A stretch of DNA of 64,000 nucleotides from Neocallimastix sp. 'constans' (lineage: Eukaryota), in contig JBODTK010000010.1 of NCBI GenBank assembly GCA_050613775.1, forward strand, positions 930,001 to 994,000. Reading direction: 5' to 3'. Of this stretch, positions 50,286 to 64,000 are shown in pieces (within the stretch, counting starts at the first letter, position 1; every line of letters starts with the position of its first letter). The position numbers and the translations under genes are program-made. Below the pieces are notes generated by a model, which was not told the origin of the DNA, did no database searches, and saw only the letters and a program-made list of their open reading frames with translations.

Positions 50286-50932
50286 AAAAAGAATAAAACA
50301 TTAAAAAAACGATTAAATATTATTATTAAATAAACCTTTATATAAATATACAACATAAAAATTAATAATACATATTATAAATTAAAAAAGAACTAATACA
50401 CAAAATTATTTTTATTAAAAAACTATTCTTTCTTTTTTTTTTTTTTTTAATAATTTTATTTTAAATTTTTTAAATTTTTTTAAAAATAAATTTTATCAAT
50501 TTTTTCCCTTTGTTATTTGTTTATATTTTTTTTAAATTAATTCACACAACTTCTTTTTTTCGTTTAATTTTTTTTTTTTTTTTTTTTTTTTCTTTTTCTT
50601 TTTTTTTTTTTAATTTTATGAAATTCGTTATTATAATAATAATAGTGATTTTGGTGTATTTTTTCTTATTCGTTTTTATAAAAAAAATGCTTAAAATTTG
50701 TTATCTTATAATAATTAATTTTTTCTATTAAAAGAAAACAAAAATTTAAATTTACTTTTTCATTATTTAAAAATTCTATAACAAAATTAATATATCAAAA
50801 AAATTTTTACAAAAAAAAAACTTTTTTTTTATTTTTTATATACAATTTCACTATATTTAAAAAAGTAATTTAACTTGTTTCTTTAAAATTCTAGATAATA
50901 TATGGTTAATATTTAAATATTGGTTAAAGTGC

Positions 50933-53473
50933 TTAGAGCTTATCGAAGAATTTATCAAGAGCTGGAACTTCTGGAGCAAGACCCTTTCTCTTACGGATGG
51001 AAGTAACAATTTCTTGTAACTTGTTAGCGTTTGGTGAATCAATTTCACCTTCCATAACTTCCCAGTGATCGAAAAGACAGTTAGGGAAGGCTTGACCACC
51101 AGTTTCAGCACGAAGGGATTCAGTGAAACCGAAGGATTCAGCAATTGGAAGGTAACCCTTAATGACGTGCATATCGGTACCTGGGCGAACTTCATCATCA
51201 GTAACACGACCACGACGTTGGTTAAGAACAGTGTAAACACCACCCATAGCAGCAGCTGGACAAGTAATTTCACAAAGGAAGATTGGTTCTTGAAGAGTTG
51301 GCTTAGCGGTAAGTTGGGAAGCGTAACAGACACGACGGAGAGTTGGGATAATTTGACCACCACCACGGTGAATAGAATCAGCGTGAAGGGTAACATCTAA
51401 AATGTTGAAACGGACACCACGCATGTTTTCATCACAGAGAACACCTTCCTTACTAGCCCATTCGAAACCGGCAATACAGGAATCCTTAATTTCATTAAGA
51501 TATTGGACGGCCTTAGTACAATCGACAAGAACGTTTGGACCGTTAGAGTTTGGAGCGAAGGCCCAGATCTTACGAGCTTCCATAACATCCCATTCGTAAG
51601 TTTCAGCAAGGTAACGAGCACGAACCTTAACATCATCACGTGGAGAACATTTACCTTCAACACCAGCTTCAATATCGTTACTGAGTTCTTCAGCTAATGG
51701 AAGAGCCTTCATGAAGATACGGTTGTGCTTGTTTGGAGACTTAGAAAGACATACACGGTCAGATTCAGTGGTAACGGTTTCACGGTAAGTAACAATTGGA
51801 TCCATCTTAATAATTGGAATTTGAGCGTGATCTTCTTCAAGATCCTTAAGACAAATTTCTAAGTGAAGTTCACCAGCACCAGCAACAATGTGTTCACCGG
51901 CATCGTTAGTAGTAACTTGGACACATGGATCAGACTTAGAAAGACGCTTAAGACCTTCAACAAGCTTTGGTAAATCAGATGGGTTCTTTGGACGGACAGA
52001 AACTTGGACGACTGGAGAGACAGAGAACTTCATAACTCTTAAGTTGTAGGCGTTTTCATCAGTAGAAAGAGTACCAGATTTGAGAAGGTATTGATCAAGA
52101 CCGACAAGACCGACAAGGTTACCACATGGAACATCTTCAATTGGTTCGACAGTACGACCCATCATAAGAACAGTACGTTGGACATTCTTAATGAAAAGAT
52201 CATCCTTCTTACCTGGAACGTAGTTTGGACCTTGAATACGAACCTTAAGACCAGCACGGATAGTACCAGAGAAGACACGACCGAAAGCGTAGAAACGACC
52301 CTTATCAGAGGTTGGAACCATCTTAGAGACGTAAACCATAAGTGGACCGTTTGGATCACAGTTACGGATAGCAGTGGCACAAGCATCATCACCTGGACCT
52401 TCGTATAAGTTGTCAACTCTGTAACGTTGGGCAACGACTGGAGATGGTAAGTGGATAACCATCATTTCCAATAAAGCTTCAGCAGCTGGAAGGAATTTTC
52501 TCATAACAGTCTTTAAGAGGTGCTTACCTTCAAGACCAACTTCATCAGACTTAAGTTGAATACCGAGCTTGTCAACAAGAGTCATAATTTGCTTCTTGTC
52601 ACCCTTCATAATGGTATCGAAAAGACGGTAGATTGGGTCAAGAGCGAACATACAGAAAGCACGTTCGAGTTGTCCACCCTTACCATCATCAGACTTGGTA
52701 GTCCATTTCTTGGTACGGTGGTTGAAGTAGTGATCACCCCAAAGTCTCTTCATCATCTTGTTAACTGGAATACCGAACTTCTTGGCGTAAAGACGGGAGA
52801 TATCAAGAAGAGTGAAAGCCCAGGCTTGAAGACCAGAACCGAAAGCAATAGTACCTTCAGTTGGAACAATTTGGACATCACCAAGAGCCTTAGATTGGTA
52901 AGTAGAAATGGTAATGTTAAGGTTTTCAATAGTTCTACATAAAGATTGGTATAAATCTTCCTTGGTTTGTTGTAATTCAAGAAGAGCACGGTCGACCTTG
53001 TTAACAATAACAACTGGCTTAATGTATTCAGTAAGAGCTTGACGTAATACAGTTTCAGTTTGGACAGAGACACCTTCAATACAATCGACAACAACAAGAG
53101 CACCATCAGTAACACGAAGAGCAGCAGTAACTTCAGAAGAGAAATCGACGTGTCCTGGGGAATCGATAAGGTTAATTAAGAATTCCTTACCATCAGTTTC
53201 TTCCTTAACGAGTGGGAGGTTTTCGTCTTCCATCTCAAAGAACATAGAAATGGCAGTAGACTTAATAGTAATACCACGCATTTGTTCATCTGGACGGGTA
53301 TCCATATAACGTTGGTCACCAGCCTTTTCAGAGGCAATAATACCGGCCTTAGAAACTAAGGAATCGGAAATAGTAGATTTACCGTGATCGACGTGAGCAA
53401 TAACACTCATGTTACGAATGTTACGCTTCTTTTTCATAAGTTCGTGAACTTCATCAATAGTAAAGTTAACCAT
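50933..53473 (-). CDS. EFT2: Translation elongation factor 2 (eEF2), divergent
   Basis: 846 aa with [54 protein letters not shown] and the diphthamide loop [17 protein letters not shown]. Strong C-ending codon bias. Confidence 0.96.
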   Translation of the reverse strand: MVNFTIDEVHELMKKKRNIRNMSVIAHVDHGKSTISDSLVSKAGIIASEKAGDQRYMDTRPDEQMRGITIKSTAISMFFEMEDENLPLVKEETDGKEFLINLIDSPGHVDFSSEVTAALRVTDGALVVVDCIEGVSVQTETVLRQALTEYIKPVVIVNKVDRALLELQQTKEDLYQSLCRTIENLNITISTYQSKALGDVQIVPTEGTIAFGSGLQAWAFTLLDISRLYAKKFGIPVNKMMKRLWGDHYFNHRTKKWTTKSDDGKGGQLERAFCMFALDPIYRLFDTIMKGDKKQIMTLVDKLGIQLKSDEVGLEGKHLLKTVMRKFLPAAEALLEMMVIHLPSPVVAQRYRVDNLYEGPGDDACATAIRNCDPNGPLMVYVSKMVPTSDKGRFYAFGRVFSGTIRAGLKVRIQGPNYVPGKKDDLFIKNVQRTVLMMGRTVEPIEDVPCGNLVGLVGLDQYLLKSGTLSTDENAYNLRVMKFSVSPVVQVSVRPKNPSDLPKLVEGLKRLSKSDPCVQVTTNDAGEHIVAGAGELHLEICLKDLEEDHAQIPIIKMDPIVTYRETVTTESDRVCLSKSPNKHNRIFMKALPLAEELSNDIEAGVEGKCSPRDDVKVRARYLAETYEWDVMEARKIWAFAPNSNGPNVLVDCTKAVQYLNEIKDSCIAGFEWASKEGVLCDENMRGVRFNILDVTLHADSIHRGGGQIIPTLRRVCYASQLTAKPTLQEPIFLCEITCPAAAMGGVYTVLNQRRGRVTDDEVRPGTDMHVIKGYLPIAESFGFTESLRAETGGQAFPNCLFDHWEVMEGEIDSPNANKLQEIVTSIRKRKGLAPEVPALDKFFDKL

Positions 53474-56400
53474 TTTGTATTATTTTATAAAGTTCTATAT
53501 TAAATATTACAAATAGAATTTATTATAAAAAAAATATAAATATTAGATCACTGTTACATATAATATTAATTATATTTCAAATATATATATATATATATAT
53601 TTTTCTATTCTCTAATTTTTTCGTTCTTCAATATTAATTAAATTTTACATATTATTATATAAAATATTTAAATTATAAATAATATATATTCATAGTAATT
53701 TATACTATATATTTTTCTTTTAACTAAAATCCATTTATGTATCTTCCTTATAAACAAACAATAAAATCCTAATTATATCAATTTATATTAATTTCTTCTT
53801 ATTTCAAGTTATTTTCTCATTCATATTGTTACATAATTTTTATTTTAAACATTCTTTTTATATTTTTTATTTATTGCTTTATTCAATCATACTATTACTA
53901 CTTTATTAATTTTTATATTGTTTTCATTTGATGCTTACTTTATTAAAAATAAATTAATGAAAAAAAGAAATTATATTGTTTTACGGCTTCCTTTTTGTCA
54001 GAAGCAATTTTCAAATTATGTGTGAAGAGCTAATATGAGATGGAAATTTTTTTCTTTTATATGATTTCCAATACCTCAAAACTACATGTTTCAATATAAT
54101 AATTATTAAAAAAAAAAAAAAAAAAAAAAAAAACTTATAATTGATTGGAAGAGCACCAAAAAAAAGCCACGACTATAAATCCATTGGACTGGAATATATA
54201 TCATCCAATATTTTCAATAAAAATTTATGTATTATTTATTAGCACGTGACATAATATATGTTTATATTGTATAAATACACCTCTATAAGTATATTATTAA
54301 TCTATTTTTAATATACGAATTCATTTTTAAAAAAATGTATAAATAAAAATGTAAAAAAAATGTTACAATAATAAATATGATAGGTAATAAATTAATTTAT
54401 TTATAATAAATTAAAGATGTATAAAAATATAAAATTACTATATAATAATAATATAATTAAATCTATTATGCAATATATTTTTTTTTTCAAATAATATAGG
54501 TATTAAAAAATAAAAAATTTTATAGAATATATTATTTTTATTAAAAAAAACTAATATTAAAATATATTATATATAATATTATAATTTTTATATAATTTTA
54601 ATATTTAAAAATATAAAATTTAAATAAAAAGATGGTTAATCTAATATTAATCATTCAATACATTAATTATTAAAATTATTATTAATATTTAAAAATTCAA
54701 AAAAAAAAAATTATATTAAACTATAATATTATTAATATTTCTACTATTATTATAATATACAGTTCAATTGAATATATAATATAATATAATATATTGAATA
54801 TATTATTTAATTAAATTAAATCCTTTAGCAAATAAAATCTTGATCATAAAAAAAAAAAAAAAAAAAGAGGCCTTTTCTATGGTTTAAAATTTTTTTAATA
54901 TTAAATGAATTTTATATGTTAATAAAAAAACAGTAAAATAAAATAAAAAATATAAATAATACATACTTAATAATAGTATTAAAAGAAAAAAAAAAAAAAA
55001 AGTGGTATTTAATGCATTAGAATGTGATAAAGTATAATTTAATTAATATAGGTTTATTGATCATTCTTTTTACTAAATGATATCTTAAAAAATTATAGTT
55101 CTTAAAATAGCTCGAAAAAAAAATTTTTTTAAACAATTTTAAAATAAAATTTATAAGACAAATCAACTTTAATTTTTTTTTTAACGTCTATAAAATAAAA
55201 TAAAAAATTATTTTAAAAAATTTTAAATTTATATATAATATATAATAAAATTCTATATCATAATATGAGATTAATTTTACTATTTAAATGAACTTTTATT
55301 TTATTTTATATTATTTTATATTATTATTTTATATTTTATTATATTTTATTTTATTTTATTTTATTCAATCTGTACTTTATATTCATATTCTACTATTTAT
55401 TTTATTTTATTTTATTTGATATTAATTTATATTATATTGTTACATTTTCACATTATAACAGTTTACTATTTCATAAAATATTAGTATCTATATGAACATT
55501 TTAATTATTATATATTAAAACATTTATTTTACATTTAATAACAATATAATTGATAATTGATACTTAAAATTTTATATTTTTTAAGAATATATATTTAATT
55601 CAAAATAAAAAAAAAATTATATATATATATATATATAAATTAATAAAAATTTTTATTTTAATAGGATGTAATAAATAAATGACAATAATTGTCGATAGTA
55701 GAAACTTCATAAAAATTATGTTTGAATTGTTAGATTCAAATTGAAAGTCCTCTTTCTTTTAATTCAAGTGAATATAATATTTGAATTCTTGATTCTGAAT
55801 GTTGATTGGTCAGTTAAATTTTTATTTATCAAATTTATTAAAATTCTTTATAATAAAAGTGGGGAATATGTTATAATTAATAAAAATATATGAAAAAAAA
55901 AAGTTTTTTCTTATTATCTATCATTTAATAATAAAGTTAGTAAAAATTCTATTAACAATTTTATTTATTAAAACTGAAATTGTGAAAATAAAATTAAAAA
56001 CTAATATACTTATTTAACAATTAAAAAAAATTAAGATACTAAATTAGAAATGCAATATCTTAACAACTATCTATTATTTTTTAAATAAAAAAAAAATTGT
56101 AAAATTAAAGCTTTTCACCTTTATATTAATTTTCTTTTTTTTTTTTTTTTTTTTTTTTTTACATAAAAATTTATTTAAAAAAAATTAAAAATATTAGCCA
56201 ATTATATGAAAAGATTTTATAAATTCATTTTTAAAAAAAAAAAAAAAAATAGACCGCTAGAATTTCTTCATTTTAATATTGATTTTAAAATAATTAAAAA
56301 ACTATAAATTTATATATTATAAAAAATGTCAAAAATTTGTATATATGATTTTATATATATAAATATATATATATTTTTTTTTATCAAACAATTAAATATA

Positions 56401-56632
56401 CTATAAAGAATTTCAAATTTTGAATATTTATAATTAATGATTTATTGATTTTATTATCATAAACAGAAATTTATATGTATAATAAATAATAAAAGAAATA
56501 ATATAACTATTTTTAAAGTTTTCAGTATTTTAATTAAGAAATAAAAGATATAATATTAAATCATGAAAAATTTAATTAAAAAATAAACTTTAAAAACAAT
56601 AATACATATAATAAACTTGTTCCATAGAAATG

Positions 56633-56663
<31 letters not shown>

Positions 56664-57189
56664 ATGGGAAAAAGTTTGCATACATACTCCCAGATATTAT
56701 ATACTTCTGTTATGATATATTAGATACTATAAAAAAAATATTAGTATATTAAATTAGTATATTAAATAATTATAATATTACATTTATACAATATAAAATA
56801 ATTTTAATTTAGATTTTTATTTATATCCATTAAAATATATATATATATTCAAAAAAAATATTATCAATGAATTATAAGTAATGTTTTTTTTTTTTTTTCC
56901 TTTTTTTTACTGAATTTATTTTATTAATATATTTCTAAAACAATTTTTTTTTTTTTATTTTTAGTTATATATTTTATTTTACTTCTTGATATAACTCAAA
57001 AGTTATATATTTATAAAAAAATTTTACATTCAATGAATCATGTACAATTTATTTTGGTATTATTAAATTAAAATTTTAAATTTTTAAACTTTCAGGAGGG
57101 TTTATTTTAATTTATGAAATACCAAGAAAATTAATATTATTAAATAAGAAATTACATTCGTGTTTTAATTATAAATATTTATTTATTTA

Positions 57190-57475
57190 TTTAGTTAGTT
57201 AGTTAGTTAGTTAGTTAATTAGATAGTTAGATAGTTAGTTAGTTAGATAGTTAGTTAGTTAATTAGATAGTTAGATAGTTAGATAGTTAGATAGTTAGTT
57301 AGATAGTTAGTTATTTAGTTAGTTATTTAATTAGTTAGTTAATTAGATAGTTAGTTAGATAGTTAGTTATTTAGTTAGTTATTAAATTAGTTAGTTAATT
57401 AGATAGTTATTTAATTAGTTAGTTAATTAGACAATTAGTTATTTAGTTAATTATTTAATTAGTTATTTAGTTATT
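57190..57475. repeat. (TTAG)n/(ATAG)n tetranucleotide satellite
   Basis: Directly visible. Confidence 0.9.
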
Positions 57476-57782
57476 TATTATGAAATTGGTTAAAAATTTA
57501 ATAGATTTATAATAGCTATTTAATAATTAATATATATATAATATGACTCATTGACAATTACAAGGTATAATTTATAATGTAGCTAATACTTAGCATTCCT
57601 CCTACATTACGTATTAGATAATAATTTAAAAAAAAATAATTTTTATAATAAAATCTTATTAAAGAAAAAAAATTCTTTTTTTTATAACGGAAAAAATCCT
57701 CTTTTCTAGGTTGTTATTTAAAACATTTTTAATAGGATTTGCAAATAGTACATTTTACATTTATTTTTTATATTTATTATTA

Positions 57783-57950
57783 TAAGGAGCAGCTGTACTA
57801 TTATTTGTTTCATATATAAGTGGAAATGAAAAATAACTTAGTGAACTATTTAATTGTGATCTATATATAAATAAAAGAAATAATGATAATAAAATCCCTT
57901 AATTTCACGCATGTAATAGTGAAAATGAAAATTTGATAAAATATTTTTTT
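57783..57950 (+). pseudogene. Ankyrin-repeat relic of the same family as 16412-21165
   Basis: AGTGGAAATGAAAA, AATAAAAGAAATAATG and CACGCATGTAATAGTGAAAATGAAAAT..ATAAAATATTT at about 99-nt spacing, disrupted. Confidence 0.6.
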
Positions 57951-60589
57951 AATTGAATTCGAATCAAAAATAATGATACACTTATCATCTATATAAAAGC
58001 TAATTAAATACATAAAAATAGGATATAAATAATTATTTATTTCATTATTTATTTATTTAATATTACATTAATTTATTATTTATTTATTTGTTTATTTGTT
58101 TAATATTTTATTATTAATACTTATTTTTTTTAATTTCTTTATTTTCTCCAAAAAGTAAAATATCATCAACATAAAGGCATAATATCTAATAATTAATATA
58201 ATTAATATATCCATAATTTAGCTTTTGGGACGTATTAATATTACATTGAATAATGTGTAATGTAGCTTATAATTTCCAAATTTATTTATTATTTACTACT
58301 TATTATTTATTTTTTATTTATTATTTATTTATTATTTATTATTTATTATTTATTTATTATTTATTATTTATTTATTACTTAATATGAATTATTAATTATT
58401 CCATTATTTATTATTTATTTATTTATTACTTAATATTAATTATTAATTATTCCATTATTCATTATTTATATAATTGATTCTTTATTTGTTCATTTATTTT
58501 TTATAAAAAGTAATGATAATAAAATAAAAAAAATAAAATAATAATAATAGTAATAGTAATAGTATTAAACCTATTCCATAGTATTTTTTTACCAATGTTT
58601 TAAAAATTGGAAACAAACACATGGATTATGAGCATATTTCTTTAAAAATTATCTATTAATTATTTAAAAAAAAAAAAAAAAAAATACACTATATAGTTAT
58701 TATTAATTAATTTTTTTTTTTTTTCTATTTCAATACTAATAAAATACATTTACATTAACAATTCTTAATTCTTTGTTGTTATTCTTTATTTTATTTAATG
58801 CTGTGCAAACTTTAAAATGATTTTCTATATTTTATCATATATTAACATTACAATCTATTATATACAATATATATAAAAAGGTTTAATTAATATGCTTGAT
58901 TCGCTTTATAAATTAATAAAATAATTTTTAAATAATAAAAAAAAATAATACAAAAATATATAACAATAACAATTTATAATAAAAATTATAAAAATAATTT
59001 TAAAATAAAAAAAAAAAACTTAATAATTAACTTATAATTACTTTTGTCTTGTTCTGTATTTTTAATAAAAAATATAATAATAATAAGAAATTATAGATAT
59101 TCTTTATATAAAATAAATAGTGTTATTCATATAATAAATACCATTCTATAGTGATAAAATAAAGTATTATTAAAATATATATTATTCATAATATATAATG
59201 AATAATAAAATTATAAAATTATAATATTTTTTTTTAAATTTTATTCAATTGCTATATATACTTTTCATATGTATATTTATATAGCTATATAGTTTTTCAA
59301 TTTCTTTTATTAATTTTAATATTTGTTGATAAATTTTGAAAAGGAAAAAAATTATTATAATAAATTTAAATAAAACTTTTTATATATATTTTTTTTTGAA
59401 GTGCATTAGTAGAATTAAGAATACTACTACAATTTCTTAAAAATAAAATTTTAATATACAAAATATTCAAATATAACTAAAATTTTGTAGTATGAACGAA
59501 TATATTTTAAATTATATTTTTAAAAAATTGCACTACTTTTACGTAATCAAGAATAAAAAAAAAAAAAAATAATAATAATAAAAGAAATAAAAAATTAAAT
59601 AAAATAATAATTTTTTCTATTTAAAAAAAGAAACGCTTATGGGTATTATCCATAAATTGTTGAATAATATTATATTAAGGATTTATATAAAATATCCTTA
59701 TTATCTATAAACTAAAATTGTTAAATTTAATAAAAAAATATTAATATTAATATATTATTTGTTTATGTTTATATATTTATTATATACAATATTAATACAT
59801 TTTTAATACATTAAATACATTAATATTGTTTTTAAATTTATAAATTATTAAAAGTGTATTATCTTTATAATTGAAACATAGACAATAATTGTATTAATTA
59901 AAAATTTTTATCACCTGCCTTATTTATATTATTTATAAATAATTTATAAATATTAACTATTTCTTAATGATAATATAAATTGAAATTTTAGTAATATTTA
60001 AAAAAGAACTTGATATTCAATTGTAACTTCATTTTTATGGATGTTAGTCATGATTAAATAATTGTTTATTGAACTGTTTTATTTAAAATTAATTTATTAA
60101 TTTAATAATAAATAAATATAATTTTTTATTTTTATTTACTTTTTCTCTTAAATATATTATGATTACTTTGAAATAGAATATTATAGCAAGATTTCAAATA
60201 GTTTGGAAAAAAAAAAAAAAAAAAAACTATTATAAATATTATAAAATTATTAAATGTAAAAATTTTCTTGTATATAAAAGTAAAAACAAAATATCATATA
60301 TAATTATTTGTAGACGCTTTTATTTTTATTTAAATAAAAAAAATATTAATAAAATAATAATAATAATAACTTTTTTTTTTTAAATAAGTTTTTATAATAT
60401 CAATCTATTATAAAGTAAAAAATTTTATTTCTAAAATCTCTTAAATAAAATTTTAAATTATTTTTTTTTAATACAAATTATTCTGTATTTATTCAATAAA
60501 TATAATTAGAATTTTTTAAAGAAAAATATTTTTATTATTGAAAAAAATAAAAAAAAAAAATATATATATATATATATATAGTATAAATA

Positions 60590-62989
60590 ATGGAAGAAGG
60601 TTGTTTATCAGAAAAACAATTAAAACTATCCGTTTTAATTGAGAATTGTATAAATTTTAATGTTCTTTTGTTTAATGAAGTTAAAGTAAAACATATTAAT
60701 TTGGAAAAAGAAAATATTAAAAAAATAAAAAATGATATTGTAAAAAATAATAGAAATTGTTTAAATAATTTAATTCATTATGAATCCTCTTTAATGTCGA
60801 GTAATGTCATTGACCTTGTTTTAGAGTGCTATCGAGAAATTCAAATTGTGTTCATAAAAGTATTAAATAGTCATAATTTATTATTCATTCAATCTGCAAT
60901 CGAAAATACTAAAATATTTTATCAACTTCCAAATACTATTCAACGAGACTACATACTAAATTTAATATATTATCGTTATAAGAAAGGAGTAACAACAATA
61001 TCCAAGGAAGATGAAAAAAAAATTAAAAAATATAATTCTGAAATTAATTATTTATTTGAGTATTATCATTTTTGTAAATTGATGCTCATTTATGCCTATC
61101 AATGGTCAGTGGAAAATAAAGAATTAGATATGGCTAAAAAAATTTGTAAATATAAAGAAATTGTTAAGAGTGTTGCTTTCTTAAATGCTTGTGAAAAAAA
61201 TGATAAAACTTTAATTCGGAAATATTTAAATGATGAACGAGTCAACATTAATATTATAAATAAAGTGGGTAAAACACCATTGGATATGGCTATTTTAAAA
61301 TTTAATCAAGAATTAATTGATTTATTTTTAGCTCAAAATAAACTTGATATTAATTATAGAGGTCTTGGAGGTAATACATCATTAATGACTGCTGTAGAAT
61401 GTGGAAATTATGAGGCTATGGAAAGTCTTTTGAATCACAAAAATATTGATATTAATATAACCAATGATTATGGCGGTACAGCTTTAATGTATGCTACGAG
61501 TAATGCTGTAGATAATAAAAGAAATGTGCATATGTTGGTTAGTAAACCAGATATTAATTTAAATCTTAAGGATGAAAATGAAGAAACTGCCCTTCTTCTC
61601 TCCATAAAATATAAAAATATAAAGATAGCGGATTATTTAGTGAAACAGAAACTGATTGACGTTAATACTAAAAATATTTTTGGTGATTGTCCCCTTCTTT
61701 TAGCTATTGAATATCCTAATATGCACCCCTTAGTCAATACGTTACTTCAACGAGAAGACATAGAAGTGAATATTCAAAATAAAAATCTTTCCACCCCATT
61801 AATGCTTGCTATTCAAAATAATTATGAGGATATCGTGAAAAAACTATTAGCTCATCCAAAAATTGATATTAATTTAAAAGATAGTGATGGTGAATCTGCT
61901 CTTACCATCTCCTTAAAACGTGGATACTTTTACCTCTCCCGACTTTTAATTCAACATCCAAAAATTTCTAAAACTGAAAGAGATCATTTCTTTAGTTGTT
62001 TATCATCATTGTCATCACCTTCAACAATATCAAATAGCATAAACCCATCCACTTTACCTTTATTATCAAATATCTTAGGAACCTCCAAAACCTCCACTTT
62101 AATTAAATATTGGTTTGATTGTCGATCCTTAAAAGATTTCAATTTGGAAGCTTGGTTAGACAATTACAGTGAAGAGAAAACAAAAAAAGTATTTCAATCT
62201 ATCTTTAAGCAAGAACAAACGGTTTACGAGATTGCATCTTCAACAAAACAAAGCACTAATTCCATGAACCCTTTGAAAAAGAATATTAAAGTAAATATTA
62301 ATGAAAATCCAAGTACAACGTCAAATCAGAACCATTCTACAAAGAAGGATCATAAAAATATAATTAAAAATGAAAAAAATGATGACATTATAATTTCTAA
62401 AATTGAACAAATGACATCGAATCTTTCGGTAAGAACGTGTACATTAGATCAATTAAGAAATTTGAAATTAAAAATTAAAAACTTTATTAAAGAAGAAACT
62501 CTCAATACTCAAAATTCATATGGATTTTCGATGCTTATGATTCTGGTCAGTATTAATGACAAAGAAAATCTTGAAAAAATACTGAGCTACCCTTACCTTA
62601 ATATGAATTTACAAGATCGGTATGGTGAAACTGCACTTATTAAAGCCGTGAGTAGCGATAATGTTGAATTAGTTCAAATACTCTTAACAAAACATCAACC
62701 CTTCCAATCAAAATCATCAGAAGCATCAACTTCAATAAAAGAAACCGACAACTCAAAACAATTATTACACCTTGATTCCCAAATATTTGATACCTTAGAA
62801 ACCATTTCAAAAGAAATAAATATCTATCGTAATAGAAAAGAACATCAAATTAAAAGTTTTGTTGATACCTCATTAAAAGATAGTAGTGGCTATAATGCTA
62901 AAAAAATTGCCTATATCTATGATAATAAAGAAATTGAAAATTTAATTGATACCTATGATCAGATCATCATTAATAATAAAAATTTATAA
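60590..62989 (+). CDS. Ankyrin-repeat protein, function unknown
   Basis: 799 aa. Central cluster GKTPLDMA, GNTSLMTA, GGTALMYA, ETALLLS, GDCPLLLA, STPLMLA, GESALTIS, plus a second C-terminal cluster (GETALIKA). Confidence 0.9.
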   Translation: MEEGCLSEKQLKLSVLIENCINFNVLLFNEVKVKHINLEKENIKKIKNDIVKNNRNCLNNLIHYESSLMSSNVIDLVLECYREIQIVFIKVLNSHNLLFIQSAIENTKIFYQLPNTIQRDYILNLIYYRYKKGVTTISKEDEKKIKKYNSEINYLFEYYHFCKLMLIYAYQWSVENKELDMAKKICKYKEIVKSVAFLNACEKNDKTLIRKYLNDERVNINIINKVGKTPLDMAILKFNQELIDLFLAQNKLDINYRGLGGNTSLMTAVECGNYEAMESLLNHKNIDINITNDYGGTALMYATSNAVDNKRNVHMLVSKPDINLNLKDENEETALLLSIKYKNIKIADYLVKQKLIDVNTKNIFGDCPLLLAIEYPNMHPLVNTLLQREDIEVNIQNKNLSTPLMLAIQNNYEDIVKKLLAHPKIDINLKDSDGESALTISLKRGYFYLSRLLIQHPKISKTERDHFFSCLSSLSSPSTISNSINPSTLPLLSNILGTSKTSTLIKYWFDCRSLKDFNLEAWLDNYSEEKTKKVFQSIFKQEQTVYEIASSTKQSTNSMNPLKKNIKVNINENPSTTSNQNHSTKKDHKNIIKNEKNDDIIISKIEQMTSNLSVRTCTLDQLRNLKLKIKNFIKEETLNTQNSYGFSMLMILVSINDKENLEKILSYPYLNMNLQDRYGETALIKAVSSDNVELVQILLTKHQPFQSKSSEASTSIKETDNSKQLLHLDSQIFDTLETISKEINIYRNRKEHQIKSFVDTSLKDSSGYNAKKIAYIYDNKEIENLIDTYDQIIINNKNL

Positions 62990-63202
62990 ATTAAATATAA
63001 TGAAAAAAAAAAAAAAAAAAAAAAAAGTTTTTTTTTTTCTCTATATATAAAATTAGTTATTATCCTTTTCAATAAAAAAATAATAATAATAACCTCTTAA
63101 TGTATAATAATAAAAATTAAAATTACATATTAAAATCATGTATAAAAACTTTAATAAAATATTGATTATATATATTTCTATATAATAAATTAAATGTTTA
63201 AA

Positions 63203-63239
<37 letters not shown>

Positions 63240-63422
63240 TAATATAAAATAAAAGATATTTGGACATAAATATATAACTAAAAATTTTTTCCTTTCTTAA
63301 TTTTTTAATATGACTATTTTAACTACGTATTAACATACATATCAAAATTAATATACACTAATTTTGTTATTATAAAGCTAAATATTAAAAACATTACCAC
63401 TATATATTAATATTATTAATAG

Positions 63423-63473
<51 letters not shown>

Positions 63474-64000
63474 TATTATTAATGATATTAAAATAAAATA
63501 AAATAAAATAATTAACTATAGCTTATTTATTCTATAAGTATTTATTAACTGAACTATATTTCTTAACCACAAAATAGCCAACATTTTAAAAGTTTTTTTT
63601 TTTTTTTTTTAATAAAAGAATTAAATATGTACATAAAATAGTTAATTTAATTTAATATATGATGAATTAAATAATGAATATATATAAGAATACACAAATA
63701 TTTAATAACTTTTTTTATTTAAATAATTAAAATGATTTAAAATATATATAGGTAAATTATTTATTAATTTTAATTTTAATTAAAAAGCTTTATTTACTCT
63801 TAACAATAATACATTAAAAAAAATATATATATTTATTTATTTATTTTTTTTTTATTTTATTTTTTTTTCATTCTTAAAAAGATATTTGAAAAAACGGTTA
63901 AATTTGAAAAAATAACAAATTTTCTTTATCTTATACTTTTATAATTTTTAAAGTACATATATAATATTCTACAATTTTTTTTTTTTTTTTTTTTAAATAT

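Noticed and set aside
50857..53115. Multiple overlapping and antisense ORFs within eEF2 (also within PEPCK, HSP20, gag and pol)
   Set aside because: Shadow frames caused by the codon bias of the real genes.
57190..57475. Interstitial telomere
   Set aside because: The unit is TTAG/ATAG, not TTAGGG-like; an ordinary microsatellite.

Overview
Extremely AT-rich eukaryotic DNA with intron-free genes. It most likely comes from an anaerobic gut fungus (Neocallimastigomycota), inferred from base composition, a GTP-type PEPCK and expanded ankyrin arrays. Host genes: three small heat-shock protein paralogues, PEPCK, a ~45-repeat ankyrin gene (one frameshift) with a truncated tandem duplicate, tRNA-Ala(CGC), a divergent eEF2 and a second ankyrin protein. 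The middle of the window (25.5-50.3 kb) is a nested transposon cluster containing an old LTR with a TTAA MITE inside it, a solo LTR, a complete young Tf1/sushi-like chromovirus with a visible self-priming structure, and chains of poly(A)-tailed non-LTR fragments. The most unusual object is an intact Ty3/Gypsy gag-pol element (27468-34820) with no 5' LTR. It starts at a PBS-like TGGTA, ends in a ~1.84-kb near-perfect palindrome (TGGTA...TACCA) placed directly after the polypurine tract, and is flanked by a TAAC direct repeat. It is a candidate for an undescribed LTR-less, hairpin-terminated retrotransposon. All alignments were done by eye and no database searches were run.
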